Of a DNA stretch of 49,868 nucleotides, positions 10,258-19,669 are shown in pieces. Within the stretch, counting starts at the first letter, position 1. Each line of letters begins with the position of its first letter. Origin of the DNA: a virus (Duplodnaviria > Caudoviricetes); the IMG/VR virus record IMGVR_UViG_3300014655_000001, positions 1 through 49,868 of that record. One strand, written 5' to 3'. The notes beneath the pieces are model-generated. The model ran no database searches. It was not told the DNA's origin and saw only the letters and a program-made list of their open reading frames with translations. The position numbers and the translations under genes are program-made.

Positions 10258-12632
10258 TACGTTGGCCTTTGCATAGGATCATACGACGCATACATCTGAA
10301 CTTTTGTGAACCTAATCTGCGCAGTTCCAGTATCAGTTAATGAGCGCACTTTAAATGACAACTGTGGAGACTTAGTGGTAAAAGCTCCAACACCATAAGT
10401 ACTCGCGAACAAAGCACTCTCTATAGGATTACCTGCCAACGTATTATACGTACTCGGATCAAGCTCAAGAGTAGCATAGAGAGTATTATTCACATAAAAA
10501 TCCACGTAAATAATTTCAGACACGTCAGCTACAAGTGCTAAGTACAAAGCATCAATCGTTATATCCCTTCCAAAACTAACTTCCTCAGCAGGAAAAATAA
10601 TCCCTGCTTGAGTGAGGATAGAGTCTGAATTAGGAATACCTTCTTGTAAAGCAAAAAAGCTTGGAGTCCCTGGAACTCCGTCGGTTTGTTGCTGAAAACC
10701 AAAAGCTATGTTACTTTGGTTGTACAAATTAGAATCCGCAAATGTTAAAAGCGAGGACAGCACTCCAGTAAGTGCTGTTTGAATAGTACCCATGCCTACG
10801 CCACTAGCGTATGTGAACGGCATCCATGTACCGTTAGTAACATTATACACATACGTCACAAGATTCAATGTACCGTTATTCAAAACAACTGAGAATGCTA
10901 CAATAGGAAACTCATCTCCACCTAGCAACGCAGCTCCAGCGGCAGAGCTAATCAAGTTAGTAACACCTAGAGAATCAATACTATCAAGTGCTGAGAATAT
11001 AGCGGCTTTAATCTTATCCCCAATAGCACTTATTGAGCCACTAATTTGATAGATGTTAGAATTCCCAATGTAAGCCCCAGTGTTGTCATACTGGCACACT
11101 AAACTAGAAAGCTGTGCTCCTTCTCCTCTATCGCCAAGTCCGATATGGTTAAAAGAAAAAGGCAGAGTAGCATTTCCTGTTGGTGTAGCATAGCTTATTC
11201 CTTGAGCGCGCAGCAGATACATTGTCCCATTAGAGACAATCAAACCACTTAAATAATCCCCAATGTCATCAATCTGAGCGAATCCAGCTCCTGTGACAAG
11301 TCCCGCAGCAGTCTCTGGCGCCCACACATCAAGCTCATTCGCAGCAGTCCACGCTACGCTCATGTCAGAATCTTGCGCGATAATACCAAGTTGTGGTATT
11401 ATACGCGCACCGATGAGAGAACCTGCAAACTTGTTTAGAAGCTCATAGCCGCTATAGAATGTCGAATACTGAAACGTTCCAGGGCCACTAAATTTCAAAA
11501 TCATCGGCCCTATATTAGCTATATAAAGTGTTCCGCCAACCTCTGCTGTAGCGATCTTTGATGTAAAAGCACGCGGCGCTAGAACAGCATTGTTGTCAAT
11601 CCCACCACGTAAGTACGCACCATTCACACACGGAAAGTAATACCCTACAATCCCACCACCTATTGAGGCTCCAATATCAATAACCTCGATAGTATTTCCA
11701 GAACTCCCTGGAGTTACAGCAGTTAGTATCAAACTTTGATTATCCGCTGTAGAAGAAGCTACAACATAAGGAATAGTCAAAGGCTCAAGATTAATCTGCG
11801 TAACAAGTTCAGTAACCACCGCCGCAACATTAGAACCTCCAGCACCAAACTGTGGAGTTCCTGGAAGTGTGGGGAACTTAATAGTAGCAGAAGGCGAACC
11901 ATAATAACTAGCTGTTGCAGCTCCTACAGTAAAGCCTGTTCCTGGAGTTGTTACTACAATCCCAGTAATAGCTCCATGCACATCTACTGATGTGATCTCA
12001 ACTGCTCCAGTATACAGACCCTGCTGCACAATCAAACCTGTGCCAACAACGTAATTTATACCGCCAGTAATCGACGTACCGGCAGTAGTAAGTGCGCCTA
12101 GCGGTCCAACAGCAGTGATATTAGCAGTAGCACCGGTACCAAACCCAGGATTTGCATACGGTCCTTCAATACACGGAAGCACTAGAGACGCTGCTGTAGC
12201 TGTTTCTATAGTATCATAAAGCGTCACATCTAGTGTATCATTCCAATACTGAGCCACGTTTCCTGGATTCCAAGAGGTTATGTAAAAAACATAATTAACC
12301 CCGGAGGAAAACTCAGCTGAAAAAGCGGTTGCTGTGTAACCTATAATATAGTTTAATTGCCCATAAATAGAGTTATAGAATGTTCCAAACCCAAGAAATG
12401 TAATTCCAGGCATACCACCCCAAAGCGGTGGTATATTAAGCGGCACTAGAGAAGTAGCAACCAGCTTATTATCTACAATCAGAAACCCATTCGCTGCCGC
12501 AAAACAACGTGGATCAATATAAGCTGGGGGCGCAGATGTATCCACGCCCCCAAAAGGTGCTTCTTTGCCTCCATACGTGATCTCTAACTGTACATTCCCG
12601 TTAGAGAGTTCTATCTCCCTGATCGCACCCAC
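10257..12632 (-). CDS. Putative tail nozzle / DNA stabilization protein
   Basis: 791 aa, beta-rich, with N-terminal PFGGVD...P. Size and position match podoviral nozzle proteins. Confidence 0.55.
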   Translation of the reverse strand: MGAIREIELSNGNVQLEITYGGKEAPFGGVDTSAPPAYIDPRCFAAANGFLIVDNKLVATSLVPLNIPPLWGGMPGITFLGFGTFYNSIYGQLNYIIGYTATAFSAEFSSGVNYVFYITSWNPGNVAQYWNDTLDVTLYDTIETATAASLVLPCIEGPYANPGFGTGATANITAVGPLGALTTAGTSITGGINYVVGTGLIVQQGLYTGAVEITSVDVHGAITGIVVTTPGTGFTVGAATASYYGSPSATIKFPTLPGTPQFGAGGSNVAAVVTELVTQINLEPLTIPYVVASSTADNQSLILTAVTPGSSGNTIEVIDIGASIGGGIVGYYFPCVNGAYLRGGIDNNAVLAPRAFTSKIATAEVGGTLYIANIGPMILKFSGPGTFQYSTFYSGYELLNKFAGSLIGARIIPQLGIIAQDSDMSVAWTAANELDVWAPETAAGLVTGAGFAQIDDIGDYLSGLIVSNGTMYLLRAQGISYATPTGNATLPFSFNHIGLGDRGEGAQLSSLVCQYDNTGAYIGNSNIYQISGSISAIGDKIKAAIFSALDSIDSLGVTNLISSAAGAALLGGDEFPIVAFSVVLNNGTLNLVTYVYNVTNGTWMPFTYASGVGMGTIQTALTGVLSSLLTFADSNLYNQSNIAFGFQQQTDGVPGTPSFFALQEGIPNSDSILTQAGIIFPAEEVSFGRDITIDALYLALVADVSEIIYVDFYVNNTLYATLELDPSTYNTLAGNPIESALFASTYGVGAFTTKSPQLSFKVRSLTDTGTAQIRFTKVQMYASYDPMQRPT

Positions 12633-12641
12633 TGCAACCTC

Positions 12642-12917
12642 TTACTTGGTACCAAGATACAGGTTAATTTCAGCTGTAAAATTACCTCCAAAAGCTACTG
12701 GACCAGAAAGCCATCCTAGCTCTTGGAAGCTTACTGAAGACCCGTCCGCAGGATAAGTCCATGAGTAAACTCTACCTGCAATGTCAGTGATAGTGAATGT
12801 CTTACCAGCAGTATCACCAGACCAAGTGCCACCCTTGATCTTGACATTTTGAGTACCATTAGGAGTAGTTCCTGGGGTTGTGATCTTCCAGATACGACCT
12901 GTGTAGTCGTTAGCCAT
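12642..12917 (-). CDS. Small virion structural protein
   Basis: 91 aa, beta-rich, AAGGAG SD, within the structural operon. Confidence 0.55.
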   Translation of the reverse strand: MANDYTGRIWKITTPGTTPNGTQNVKIKGGTWSGDTAGKTFTITDIAGRVYSWTYPADGSSVSFQELGWLSGPVAFGGNFTAEINLYLGTK

Positions 12918-12931
12918 GGAATACTCCTTTC

Positions 12932-13657
12932 TTATGAGAGGTTGTAGTGAGCCTTGATAACGGCGCCGAAGAATTGGATCGTTCCTGCTGTACCACCAGT
13001 CAAATTAATGTTGAGAAGAACCTCAGTATCCGCTGCAACAATCATAGCCGCTGGAGAAATCACCGGCACATTAGTAGCAACTGGATGCGCCGCAATCGCT
13101 GTGGGAAGTGAATGTGCTCCCAGTGCAATCAGGTTTGTCACAACAGGATCAGCGCCATTCGTAAAAACTGTCTTCGTCAATCCGATAGCGGCCACTACTG
13201 CTGTGGCATCCGCAAGCACCTTGTAAATCACATCCACTGAGTCGATCTGAATACCTTTAGGCTGCGGGCCAGTAGATGCGCCAGCTAGTGTAGCAACCGC
13301 GATTCCAGGTGTGGGAGGAAATCCCTGATAGTATGGTGACACTGGATTCGGCAGTGCGAGTGGATCATTAGTTCCACTAACCACTGATGGTCCAGGTTGT
13401 GATGCCGCAGTACCATACTGCTCCTGATCATACTGTGGAGTCGCATATACTCCACTCCGAAGAAGCAATCCCGGCAATGAACTTACGAAGATCGAAGCAT
13501 CTCCTGCGGGTACAGTCCGAAAAAGCAATCCCGGTGTAGCAATAGTCGCTGGCAAAGTAGCCAGTCCTGCAAGGTCAGTAAACTGATCCGCACCATAAAA
13601 AAGCTGCAAATCAGGAAACGGTGTTTTCGCTGTCCAACGTCCATCTGTTCCGGCCAT
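12932..13657 (-). CDS. Virion structural protein
   Basis: 241 aa, Pro/Ala/Thr-rich, AGGAG SD, downstream of the capsid gene. Confidence 0.55.
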   Translation of the reverse strand: MAGTDGRWTAKTPFPDLQLFYGADQFTDLAGLATLPATIATPGLLFRTVPAGDASIFVSSLPGLLLRSGVYATPQYDQEQYGTAASQPGPSVVSGTNDPLALPNPVSPYYQGFPPTPGIAVATLAGASTGPQPKGIQIDSVDVIYKVLADATAVVAAIGLTKTVFTNGADPVVTNLIALGAHSLPTAIAAHPVATNVPVISPAAMIVAADTEVLLNINLTGGTAGTIQFFGAVIKAHYNLS

Positions 13658-13705
13658 TTGAATCTCCTATCCTGCCTTGAGAGGCGGTTCTGAACCTGCG
13701 TTGTA

Positions 13706-13987
13706 TTAGATTAGGAAATCGTCAAAATCTTCCTGATATTGTGGATTTCTGAGCTTCTCTACTGGCACGAACTCTTCCTTGCCATCAGTCAGAACTTGTG
13801 CTATACGAGGTTCCCTGTTACCAAGAAGTCCTGGTATAGCATTTGAATCCTGACACTCCGGCCCAAGAAGTAACCCACGCTCCCATTTGCATACTGCGGT
13901 CTTAACTTTCTTATCACACCGATCACAGTAGTGCCAAGGACCTTTTAGGTAAGTATGCTTTAGTCCTTGTTGTCCAAAGAAGCTCAT
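13706..13987 (-). CDS. Small Cys-containing hypothetical protein
   Basis: GAGGA SD before the ATG at 13987 (MSFFGQQG). Motif CDRC...GLLLGPECQD. Confidence 0.65.
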   Translation of the reverse strand: MSFFGQQGLKHTYLKGPWHYCDRCDKKVKTAVCKWERGLLLGPECQDSNAIPGLLGNREPRIAQVLTDGKEEFVPVEKLRNPQYQEDFDDFLI

Positions 13988-14083
13988 AATATCCTCAACT
14001 TGGTGGGAGAGTGCCGGAGCAGGGTCAAGCACTCTCCCTTTTCATGCCTTAATTCACCTTAGGAGGAGTTTCTGGCATGAAAC

Positions 14084-15043
14084 TTACGGTCCCTGTGTGC
14101 CCCACACACCCTGCCAACGCGGGCACCATGCAGCGACGCGCATACGGGTCTTCTGCTTAATAGCATCCGTATCGAAGTCATCATCGAAGTCCGTTGTAGG
14201 AGCTTCGCGGTTGATAACTTCAAGCGCCGTATCCTGCTTCTCCGCAACGAGGAACCATGCGCTCGGAGAATTGAGCCACGGCACTTCGATGTTCTTGTAG
14301 TCTTCAGGAAGCAGGGAGTTGATGGTGTTATCAGATGTATAGGGTTTGCCAGGAGAACCGAGGATTTCCCTAACAAGGAACCTCAACTCAGGAGGAGTGA
14401 CAAGATTCTGCCACTTCAGTCGAATTGGGAAGCCCATGTTATCAATCATACGTGCCGCGTGGTTAGTGGCGAGCTGCAAACCAGCTACCGAAAAGTCCAC
14501 GTCAATCGCGGGGCGGTTAGGATACGTACCAGGCGCACTAATCACACCCGCAACACCAGGAGCGATTTGTGTAGCCTGCGCGCCGCCAAGAAGTGCATGT
14601 TGGTTGTAGAAAAGAGGATTGCCGTCAAACGTGGTAATCGCGCTAGTAAAGCCCTGATTAAACACGTTAAAGGCAATCATTTCCTTAGTGAATGCCGCCG
14701 ACCTAGCAAGAAGCTTCGGTCCCTTCGGACCCACAAGTCCATACTGATCATCATCATACAGTTCCTTGGAAGTTCTAATCCCCAAGGAGTAAGTGAGTGG
14801 CTCGACGCGCTTTGAACCACCCTGAATCATCTCAGTATAGTAAGTAGAAGCATCCTCTGGCTTCTCCAAAAGAACAGAGATACCAGCCATTTCCAGTTCC
14901 TGCTCATACTGAGACTTCGAGTTAACTTCGTGAAAGAGCTTCGGATAGTCTGAAGCCTTCAACGCACTATCGAGGCTATCAAAGTAGATTTTCCTTAGCC
15001 CCGTCTGCATTAGCTGCGGATATTTGGCTCGTACTTGTGGCAT
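14084..15043 (-). CDS. Major capsid protein (HK97 fold expected)
   Basis: 319 aa after portal and scaffold. Motifs include E-x-E...EKPE, TYSLG-x-x-x-S-x-EL-x-DDDQY, DG-x-PLF-x-x-x-H, LVTPPEL and AWFL. Confidence 0.85.
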   Translation of the reverse strand: MPQVRAKYPQLMQTGLRKIYFDSLDSALKASDYPKLFHEVNSKSQYEQELEMAGISVLLEKPEDASTYYTEMIQGGSKRVEPLTYSLGIRTSKELYDDDQYGLVGPKGPKLLARSAAFTKEMIAFNVFNQGFTSAITTFDGNPLFYNQHALLGGAQATQIAPGVAGVISAPGTYPNRPAIDVDFSVAGLQLATNHAARMIDNMGFPIRLKWQNLVTPPELRFLVREILGSPGKPYTSDNTINSLLPEDYKNIEVPWLNSPSAWFLVAEKQDTALEVINREAPTTDFDDDFDTDAIKQKTRMRVAAWCPRWQGVWGTQGP

Positions 15044-15058
15044 CGAAAATCTCCTTTG

Positions 15059-15682
15059 TTAGAGTACCTGGACCGCTGCGGCCAGGAAGACAAATGTTAC
15101 AGGAGCATTTACATAGGAACCCAGAGGGAGTCCTACAACTTGAAGCACAGCAGATCCACCAGTCTTGTACTTGTCCACGTACCAATAACCGTTGGCATCT
15201 ACACTAAGACCATAGGACACACCGATATCCGCATTCGTAGGAGTCCAATCCGCGGCAACAGTACCGTTTGAGTTATCAAACAGTGCCTGAAAGATATTAG
15301 CCGGATTGGGTTCCATATAAAGCGTTCTGCCGTCAGCAACCGGAGTGCCAATAGCAATGTTCTGCGCGTTAGGCTGGTTAGGGACGCTACCATAAGTCTG
15401 AATAGCAATCGGCCCCGTGATCCCGCCAAACGGCGGAACAGGAGCGCCAAGCCCGTCAGAACCTAAGTTCTGACCAAAACTCTCAGCAACGCCGAGAATT
15501 CCAGCAGCGTAAGTAGTACCATCCCATGCTTGTACAAAACCCGATCCTTCAAACTGAACAGGCGTTCCGAATTTAAAAGTCTGACCTGCCTTTTCAGGGA
15601 GGGCATTGGTAAACGGCGTCGTCCCCGCCTTCTCCTGAACTTGTCGAATCGGCAAATGTGTGGTTAGATTAGCCGCACCCAT
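15059..15682 (-). CDS. Putative capsid decoration/cement protein
   Basis: 207 aa, beta-rich (F-x-x-GTPV...ILGV-x-E), directly upstream of the capsid gene. Confidence 0.55.
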   Translation of the reverse strand: MGAANLTTHLPIRQVQEKAGTTPFTNALPEKAGQTFKFGTPVQFEGSGFVQAWDGTTYAAGILGVAESFGQNLGSDGLGAPVPPFGGITGPIAIQTYGSVPNQPNAQNIAIGTPVADGRTLYMEPNPANIFQALFDNSNGTVAADWTPTNADIGVSYGLSVDANGYWYVDKYKTGGSAVLQVVGLPLGSYVNAPVTFVFLAAAVQVL

Positions 15683-15744
15683 ATGCTCTCCCTTTTATAC
15701 TAGTTATGGCAGCGCCTGCTTCGCTTCCGGTTGTGGTTTAGAAA

Positions 15745-16347
15745 CTAAATAGTTTCGTAGAACGAACCAACTTCAGGAGTACTTCCAGGTGCTAGATCGA
15801 AAGTACCCTCAATTTTAACTCGCGGAGGACGGTTCCTGTTGGCGAGTTGGTTAAGGGAAATTTGTAGCGCTTTCTTACGTTTCCCATAGACAATGCGTTT
15901 GTGCACACGCATACACACAACATCAGCGTAGGTATAATTCCCCTCACCATCAAACAGTAAAGGAAGCTTGAAATCAGGATGTATGTGTTCCTTTCTCAGA
16001 AACTCATATCCTTCAGCTTGAAGTTGCCCAATCCTACGCTGATCTTTAGCAGCCCACACGCACATATACTCTGCGTCCTTGAGCTTCATATTCATATAGT
16101 CTGGAATATCATGCTCAATCACTGGGATGTAGACTGCGGCACTCATAGCCTCAGCTTCGGTCAGCTTAGACCAATCCGGCTCCTTAGGCTTTGCATCTTC
16201 CTTACGCTTCGTAGCCATCTTAGCAAGAGCTTCATTAACTGCCGCCTCGATAGCTTCTGCTGGAATAGCTTGCACTGCGGGAGCCGCTGTTTTGAGTACG
16301 TCTACTACGGCAGTAGCATTTACAGATTTTGTAGTTTCATTAGACAT
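15745..16347 (-). CDS. Head-module hypothetical protein
   Basis: 200 aa between scaffold and capsid genes, with Y-x-x-x-W...GYEF...D-x-x-x-M. Confidence 0.6.
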   Translation of the reverse strand: MSNETTKSVNATAVVDVLKTAAPAVQAIPAEAIEAAVNEALAKMATKRKEDAKPKEPDWSKLTEAEAMSAAVYIPVIEHDIPDYMNMKLKDAEYMCVWAAKDQRRIGQLQAEGYEFLRKEHIHPDFKLPLLFDGEGNYTYADVVCMRVHKRIVYGKRKKALQISLNQLANRNRPPRVKIEGTFDLAPGSTPEVGSFYETI

Positions 16348-17050
16348 ATGCTACTCCCTCTTGATCAAGCATCTTCTTGTAATCATCCTCGGAGAAACCT
16401 AAGAGGCGTGCTGCTTTCTTTGCTTCCTCAGAGAGCTTTTGGTTTTTCTTATCATCAGCTCCAGTATCTCCTGCCGCGCCAACCGCTACAGAACCACCTG
16501 TCCCTGAAGCAAAGCGAGTCTTAATCTTTCCTTCAAGAATCTCCGCATTGTGCTTTCCTACAACAGTGTGATAGCAATTCTCAATGTTTGCAGGATTCAT
16601 GCGGAAGTCTACTGCTTGATTTGCGAGAAGCGCATCCACTTCACGCTTGATATCACCATGATAATACTTAAACTTATCCGTATCCTCGAACAACTCACGT
16701 CGCACGTTATCCGCATGAACAGCTTTAATAGCCTGAGTCTGTCCTGCGGTAGCAAGTGCGATAGCTTCCTTCGTCTTACCAGCAAGCATCAAGGCTTCAA
16801 TCTGCTCTTCCTGCGAACCCTCAGCCTCAGCTCTAGCAGCCGCGGCAGCTCTAGCAGCAGCGTCTTTCTTTTCCTTATCCGCTGCTTCTGAGGAGGAAGC
16901 CATAATACTCTTAAGCTCCTCCAGCTTAGCGTCTATCGTGCTAATCTTAGACGCCGCTTCTGAACCAGCCTTGATCTGGTTCACTAACTCATCCGGCAAC
17001 TCCATTACAGGCTCGCCAGTTTTTTCATCCTTCTGCCAGGGAAATTTCAT
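16340..17050 (-). CDS. Putative capsid scaffolding protein
   Basis: 236 aa, acidic coiled-coil. The C-terminal LSEEAKKAARLLGFSEDDY helix-turn-helix is typical of scaffolds. Confidence 0.7.
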   Translation of the reverse strand: MKFPWQKDEKTGEPVMELPDELVNQIKAGSEAASKISTIDAKLEELKSIMASSSEAADKEKKDAAARAAAAARAEAEGSQEEQIEALMLAGKTKEAIALATAGQTQAIKAVHADNVRRELFEDTDKFKYYHGDIKREVDALLANQAVDFRMNPANIENCYHTVVGKHNAEILEGKIKTRFASGTGGSVAVGAAGDTGADDKKNQKLSEEAKKAARLLGFSEDDYKKMLDQEGVAYV

Positions 17051-17367
17051 TAGATGCTTCCTCCTTCCGTCTGAGATTTCATTGCCACTACTTGCGCCTT
17101 GCGCTTGTCAATCTGATCTTGTGCATCCTGTATGTACTTTGGAAGTTCCAGGAACAAACACATCAGATTAAGTTGCTGCTTAAGTATCGCTGCCATTGTT
17201 TTCACATCTTCCGAAGGCTTATCGAGTGGGAGGGATCTAAAATTCTGAATCGCCTCTTCCCTTAAACCATTAAATAGCGCCAGCACCGGCTGGAACTCCT
17301 CCCGACCCCACATTTCCTTGAGGGACTCCTTGTACGGGATTAACTCCCCCACTGTTTTGATTTCCAT
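17050..17367 (-). CDS. Small helical protein after portal
   Basis: 105 aa with GGAG SD. It overlaps the portal 3' end by 98 nt and is coupled to the scaffold start. Confidence 0.7.
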   Translation of the reverse strand: MEIKTVGELIPYKESLKEMWGREEFQPVLALFNGLREEAIQNFRSLPLDKPSEDVKTMAAILKQQLNLMCLFLELPKYIQDAQDQIDKRKAQVVAMKSQTEGGSI

Positions 17368-19237
17368 TTCCTGCTCCTCCCCCTGCTGAGGGTTGTTGAG
17401 TTGCCATCTGAATAATCGGTCCCAGGTCTGGAAGTACTGTTTCCGTATTATCCTTGTTAAATGTACGCAAGATAGATTGCATCATCGCTCTTGCACCAAG
17501 AAGCTGTTCCAGATACAGTTTCTTTAAAGGCTCTGGTATTCCTTGGGTCATAATTGCTTGAATCATTTGTGCTTCTTGCTGGTAGAAACGATCCACGCGA
17601 TCACTTAGGAGAATGTCATTCTGCCGATCAAGTTCCTTATTTAAAGCTGCCGAAGCTGGTCTGAGGCGAAGTCCTAGTGTACCACTCTTGTACATATCCA
17701 GTGCCTTCTTAAGCTTTTCCGCCTGTGTACCGTATTTCTTGAGCTTGTCTCCTATACCAAAGTTCGCATACATCGTAAGTAATTTAAGCCCTAACTTGAC
17801 ATGTGCGGCTCGCATATCAGCAGTACGTAGGTTATTGCGGTTATTAGCTTGTGCCATCACCATGCTAGTACCTGCCGCACTATAAATCCCACGCTTCGGA
17901 TTTACAATTCCACCGCCAGCACCACCTATAGCCGGGTCTACACCTACACGCTCCTTAGCAATACTAATCTGAAAAGCGTCAGATTCATTGTTGTAGCCCA
18001 TATCAGTGCCGGATTTGATATACTCAAGCTCATCCTTCTTTGCCGGAACCACAACACCTGGCATCAAGTCCAGAAGCGATCCGAGCTTCGACTCAGGATC
18101 AGCTCTCCACACACCAAGCATCGCCATGTTACGATTGTTAGTACGCCAGTTATTATTGTTTGAAACTTCCTTCTGCGCAATGTGCAAAAGCTCAGCAAAC
18201 CCTGTTCCAAGATACGACTCGTCATCATACGCGAGTTTCATATCCTGATAAGGAATCATGTTCTTTGGATAGTTGTTAAAAACTATCCACAACACCATCT
18301 TATCACGCTTGGAGTACTTAGCTTGGAAGGCATACTCAGTACCAGAGATAGTATAATTGAACCACAGGTTATAAATATACCATCTCGCAGCGCCTTTATC
18401 CACGCCGCCGTCAGAAATCCCAGACTCCTCATTAATCTCCCGCTCCATTTCAGTTTCTTGCACAGCATCAGGAGAAGCGAGCAGCTTGTCAATATCTTCC
18501 TGTTTGTAGTATGGAGACTTGTAAACCAAGTCCTGAAGCTGCCATACATCCAGAGACTCCACGTGTCCATACATCTTCATATCTTCGAGCCGCGGTTTAT
18601 TAGGCTCGAAGATGAATCTATTGAGTGGAAGAATCTCAGGCTTCGGACCATCAATTACTGTGTACTTTTTAAATTCACTCGTAACAGGGGCTTTTGGATC
18701 TTGACCACCATCTCTGTAAACGGCTTCCATCCTAGTCTGGTATTCATATGGAGTAATGATGATACCAGTACCGTATTTGATGGCAGAATGAAATGCTGAT
18801 TGCTCGACACGATACAAGTCCAATTCATTAGGATCATACGCCATATCCATGAGAAACTGTTGTGTGATCTGTTTAAGTTCCTCACCATCCTTAGTAGGCA
18901 AATCACCACTAATCGTGGCAGCCCACAGCGGATCATACATCCAGATACCACCCATTACACGTGCTAGAAGCTCATCAGAGTACGTACCAATAATGGGAAT
19001 AACCATATTAGCAGCGCCCTCCCAAGGCCAGGAAACTTCCTTGTTCTTGGGACGCGCCTTATACAGTCTAACATACTCAGGCAATTTCTCAGTCCTAAAA
19101 GTCTCCAGCCGCCGATCAAGATGATCCACTTTGTCAATAATAAACTGACAAAGCTCTTTATAATTATCCTCCCCTAGCTTCTTCTCATCCGCTAGAAGTG
19201 TCAAATCATTAACTAATGTAGGCGGCTGGTATGGCAT
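17270..19237 (-). CDS. Portal protein
   Basis: 655 aa after terminase. PWEGAAN-x-x-IP, A-x-KYGTGI and G-x-G-x-x-E motifs, with a Gly/Gln-rich tail. Confidence 0.85.
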   Translation of the reverse strand: MPYQPPTLVNDLTLLADEKKLGEDNYKELCQFIIDKVDHLDRRLETFRTEKLPEYVRLYKARPKNKEVSWPWEGAANMVIPIIGTYSDELLARVMGGIWMYDPLWAATISGDLPTKDGEELKQITQQFLMDMAYDPNELDLYRVEQSAFHSAIKYGTGIIITPYEYQTRMEAVYRDGGQDPKAPVTSEFKKYTVIDGPKPEILPLNRFIFEPNKPRLEDMKMYGHVESLDVWQLQDLVYKSPYYKQEDIDKLLASPDAVQETEMEREINEESGISDGGVDKGAARWYIYNLWFNYTISGTEYAFQAKYSKRDKMVLWIVFNNYPKNMIPYQDMKLAYDDESYLGTGFAELLHIAQKEVSNNNNWRTNNRNMAMLGVWRADPESKLGSLLDLMPGVVVPAKKDELEYIKSGTDMGYNNESDAFQISIAKERVGVDPAIGGAGGGIVNPKRGIYSAAGTSMVMAQANNRNNLRTADMRAAHVKLGLKLLTMYANFGIGDKLKKYGTQAEKLKKALDMYKSGTLGLRLRPASAALNKELDRQNDILLSDRVDRFYQQEAQMIQAIMTQGIPEPLKKLYLEQLLGARAMMQSILRTFNKDNTETVLPDLGPIIQMATQQPSAGGGAGNGNQNSGGVNPVQGVPQGNVGSGGVPAGAGAI

Positions 19238-19251
19238 TTTAAGCTACTTTC

Positions 19252-19455
19252 TTAGTTTGAAGAAGGATCTTTAGAAACCAAAAGCATCAACGAAGATGCA
19301 AGCGAAGTCAGAAGCGTAACCCACGTTCCTGTCCCCACTTTACCAAAATCCACGCCCTGGGCTTGTAAAACACCCAGCACAGTAACTGAGAAAGTAAGCA
19401 ATCCTACAACCGTAGTCTTAGGATGCGCCACCACATTATCAAGCCACTGATTCAT
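19252..19455 (-). CDS. Putative holin (2 TM)
   Basis: 67 aa with two hydrophobic helices and a HPKTT...SKD pattern. Confidence 0.55.
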   Translation of the reverse strand: MNQWLDNVVAHPKTTVVGLLTFSVTVLGVLQAQGVDFGKVGTGTWVTLLTSLASSLMLLVSKDPSSN

Positions 19456-19465
19456 ATCCGCTCCT

Positions 19466-19660
19466 TTACCATTTCAGATGTTGTGAGAGTATATCACCGA
19501 TTGCTGCTATGATCCCAACGATGATAACCCATTGTAACTTGTTTAGGCCAGCAGCGGTGTTTTCGACTCTGTCCAGTCTAGTAAGGACTGGCGGATTCTC
19601 TTTACCATTCCCTGTGTACATATCCGTCTCCAACCTGTCGATTCGCTCTTCGATCACCAT
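19466..19660 (-). CDS. Small coiled-coil plus C-terminal TM protein (lysis-associated?)
   Basis: 64 aa, RLDRVE followed by WVIIVGIIAAI. Confidence 0.55.
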   Translation of the reverse strand: MVIEERIDRLETDMYTGNGKENPPVLTRLDRVENTAAGLNKLQWVIIVGIIAAIGDILSQHLKW

Positions 19661-19669
19661 TACAAGCTC

